In this document: positions 62,886-64,000 of the stretch, in pieces | Layout of the letters: each line of letters begins with the position of its first letter | How positions within the stretch are numbered: position 1 is the stretch's first letter | NCBI GenBank assembly: GCA_030704615.1 | Contig: CM060732.1 | Location: 39,680,001-39,744,000, forward strand | Source of the DNA: Takakia lepidozioides | Lineage: Eukaryota > Plantae > Bryophyta | DNA length: 64,000 nt | Reading direction: 5' to 3' | Position numbers and translations under genes: made by a program | Notes under the pieces: generated by a model | Seen by the model: only the letters and a program-made list of their open reading frames with translations | Told to the model about the DNA's origin: nothing | The model's database searches: none

Positions 62886-64000
62886 TCAAAACTGCAAATC
62901 ATCATTGGTACCTTCTGCATATGATGGCCCACCTTCTGGTTGTCCAGCTAAATATAGCTCAGGATGAGAGAACAAATGTCTGAAGTTTGTGGAGTTCTTC
63001 CACAAAGATATGGCCTCAATCAAAACAGGTTGACATACCTGCACACTTGGCCCTTCCAAAGCAACACGAAGCACACTTTCCAAGTTCTTTGTTTTCAACT
63101 TGTTTCGAAATTTAGTTTTGATTGAGTTTTGAACTGAGAATGCCCTCTCACATGTGGCAGTGCTTACACATTGAACTTGAGCAATTTCAGAAAGCACAAG
63201 CAAGTTTTCATACTTCATCGTTAGAGAAGGGTTCCAAGTCACCATGCCCCAAAGATCCTTGAAAGTTTTCTCCATCCACTCGGTACTTGCCTATAGTTTG
63301 AAAGCAAAGAACTCTCGTTTCACCGCTGCTATGTCAATAAGGGCAGGCAATGTCCTTCCTGCAATCTGTCTCTCGACACCATAGTACGCACATAATATTT
63401 CCAACTCTACTACACCCCAACTTGCTAACCCCACTTGCCTAGTTGGTAGGTTACATGGACTCAATATTTTGAATGCACTTACAACTCCGTTGTCCTCAAA
63501 TCTGGCATCCAAAGCATTGCAAATAGCCTCTGCATAAAGCTTTTGGAAGGTAAGTGCTGCCTCCAAATCACCCCCCATCCTCTCTCGTGTCATTTGTACA
63601 CCATGAAATTTGGATCCCCTAATCTCAGAGGCTAGCCGCCTCAAATACCCACCAGGAGGACCAAACTCTGGGATGATGTGATAACCCGTTTCCTCATTGA
63701 AGGTGGATTGGTTCAAATCCGTGCTATCCTCAATGAAAAACATTCGTATTTGTGCAATCTCTGTCTTAACTATCGACCCAATGCTGGTTACATCCACAAA
63801 CTTCCATTGGAACACACGTGAGAGTAGAGATAGACCGTGCAACATATCAGCCAAAAAATACAAGACATAAATCATTTTGAATGACCTTAGCTTGTTATAC
63901 AAAAGAGGGGCTGATCCATCATCATTGGCAGCCGGCACATCTCTAAAATACGTGAGAACACTCTCAAGACTATCACAAAGCGATGTCACGACCTGCCACC
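62886..64000 (-). mobile_element. hAT-superfamily transposase (ZNF862-like), 3' part, one in-frame TAG at 63291-63293
   Basis: C-terminal hAT dimerisation motif VSTATCERAFSVQNSIKTKFRNKL...LRVALEGP; upstream FLADMLHGLSLLSRVFQ and LDARF; continues off the window. Confidence 0.88.

Overview
Eukaryotic, intron-containing land-plant nuclear DNA, probably a bryophyte (moss-like repeats, DYW:PG-type editing factors); the taxon is an inference. The left 14 kb holds a tail-to-tail pair of paralogous PLS-class PPR genes. Splice reconstruction, which the ORF track misses, shows the + gene encodes a plastid transit peptide, three OSB/pTAC9-type 'PDF' ssDNA-binding motifs, a 23-repeat PLS array and E1/E2, followed by a wrecked DYW domain. 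The - paralog has the reciprocal pattern: intact PPR-DYW deaminase, decayed PDF exons. The rest is TE-rich: a 5'-truncated CRE-like (RT + RLE) non-LTR element, three copies of a ~13 kb non-chromovirus Ty3/gypsy family with extra 5' and 3' ORFs (two face each other across a 500-N gap), a cluster of non-autonomous repeats, and a hAT transposase whose palindromic flank carries TTAA-type (piggyBac-like) MITEs. At 42.5-43.5 kb is a two-exon, 141-aa secreted 8-Cys protein gene resembling a fungal-type secreted family (possible HGT). No database searches were run; family assignments come from motif recognition.
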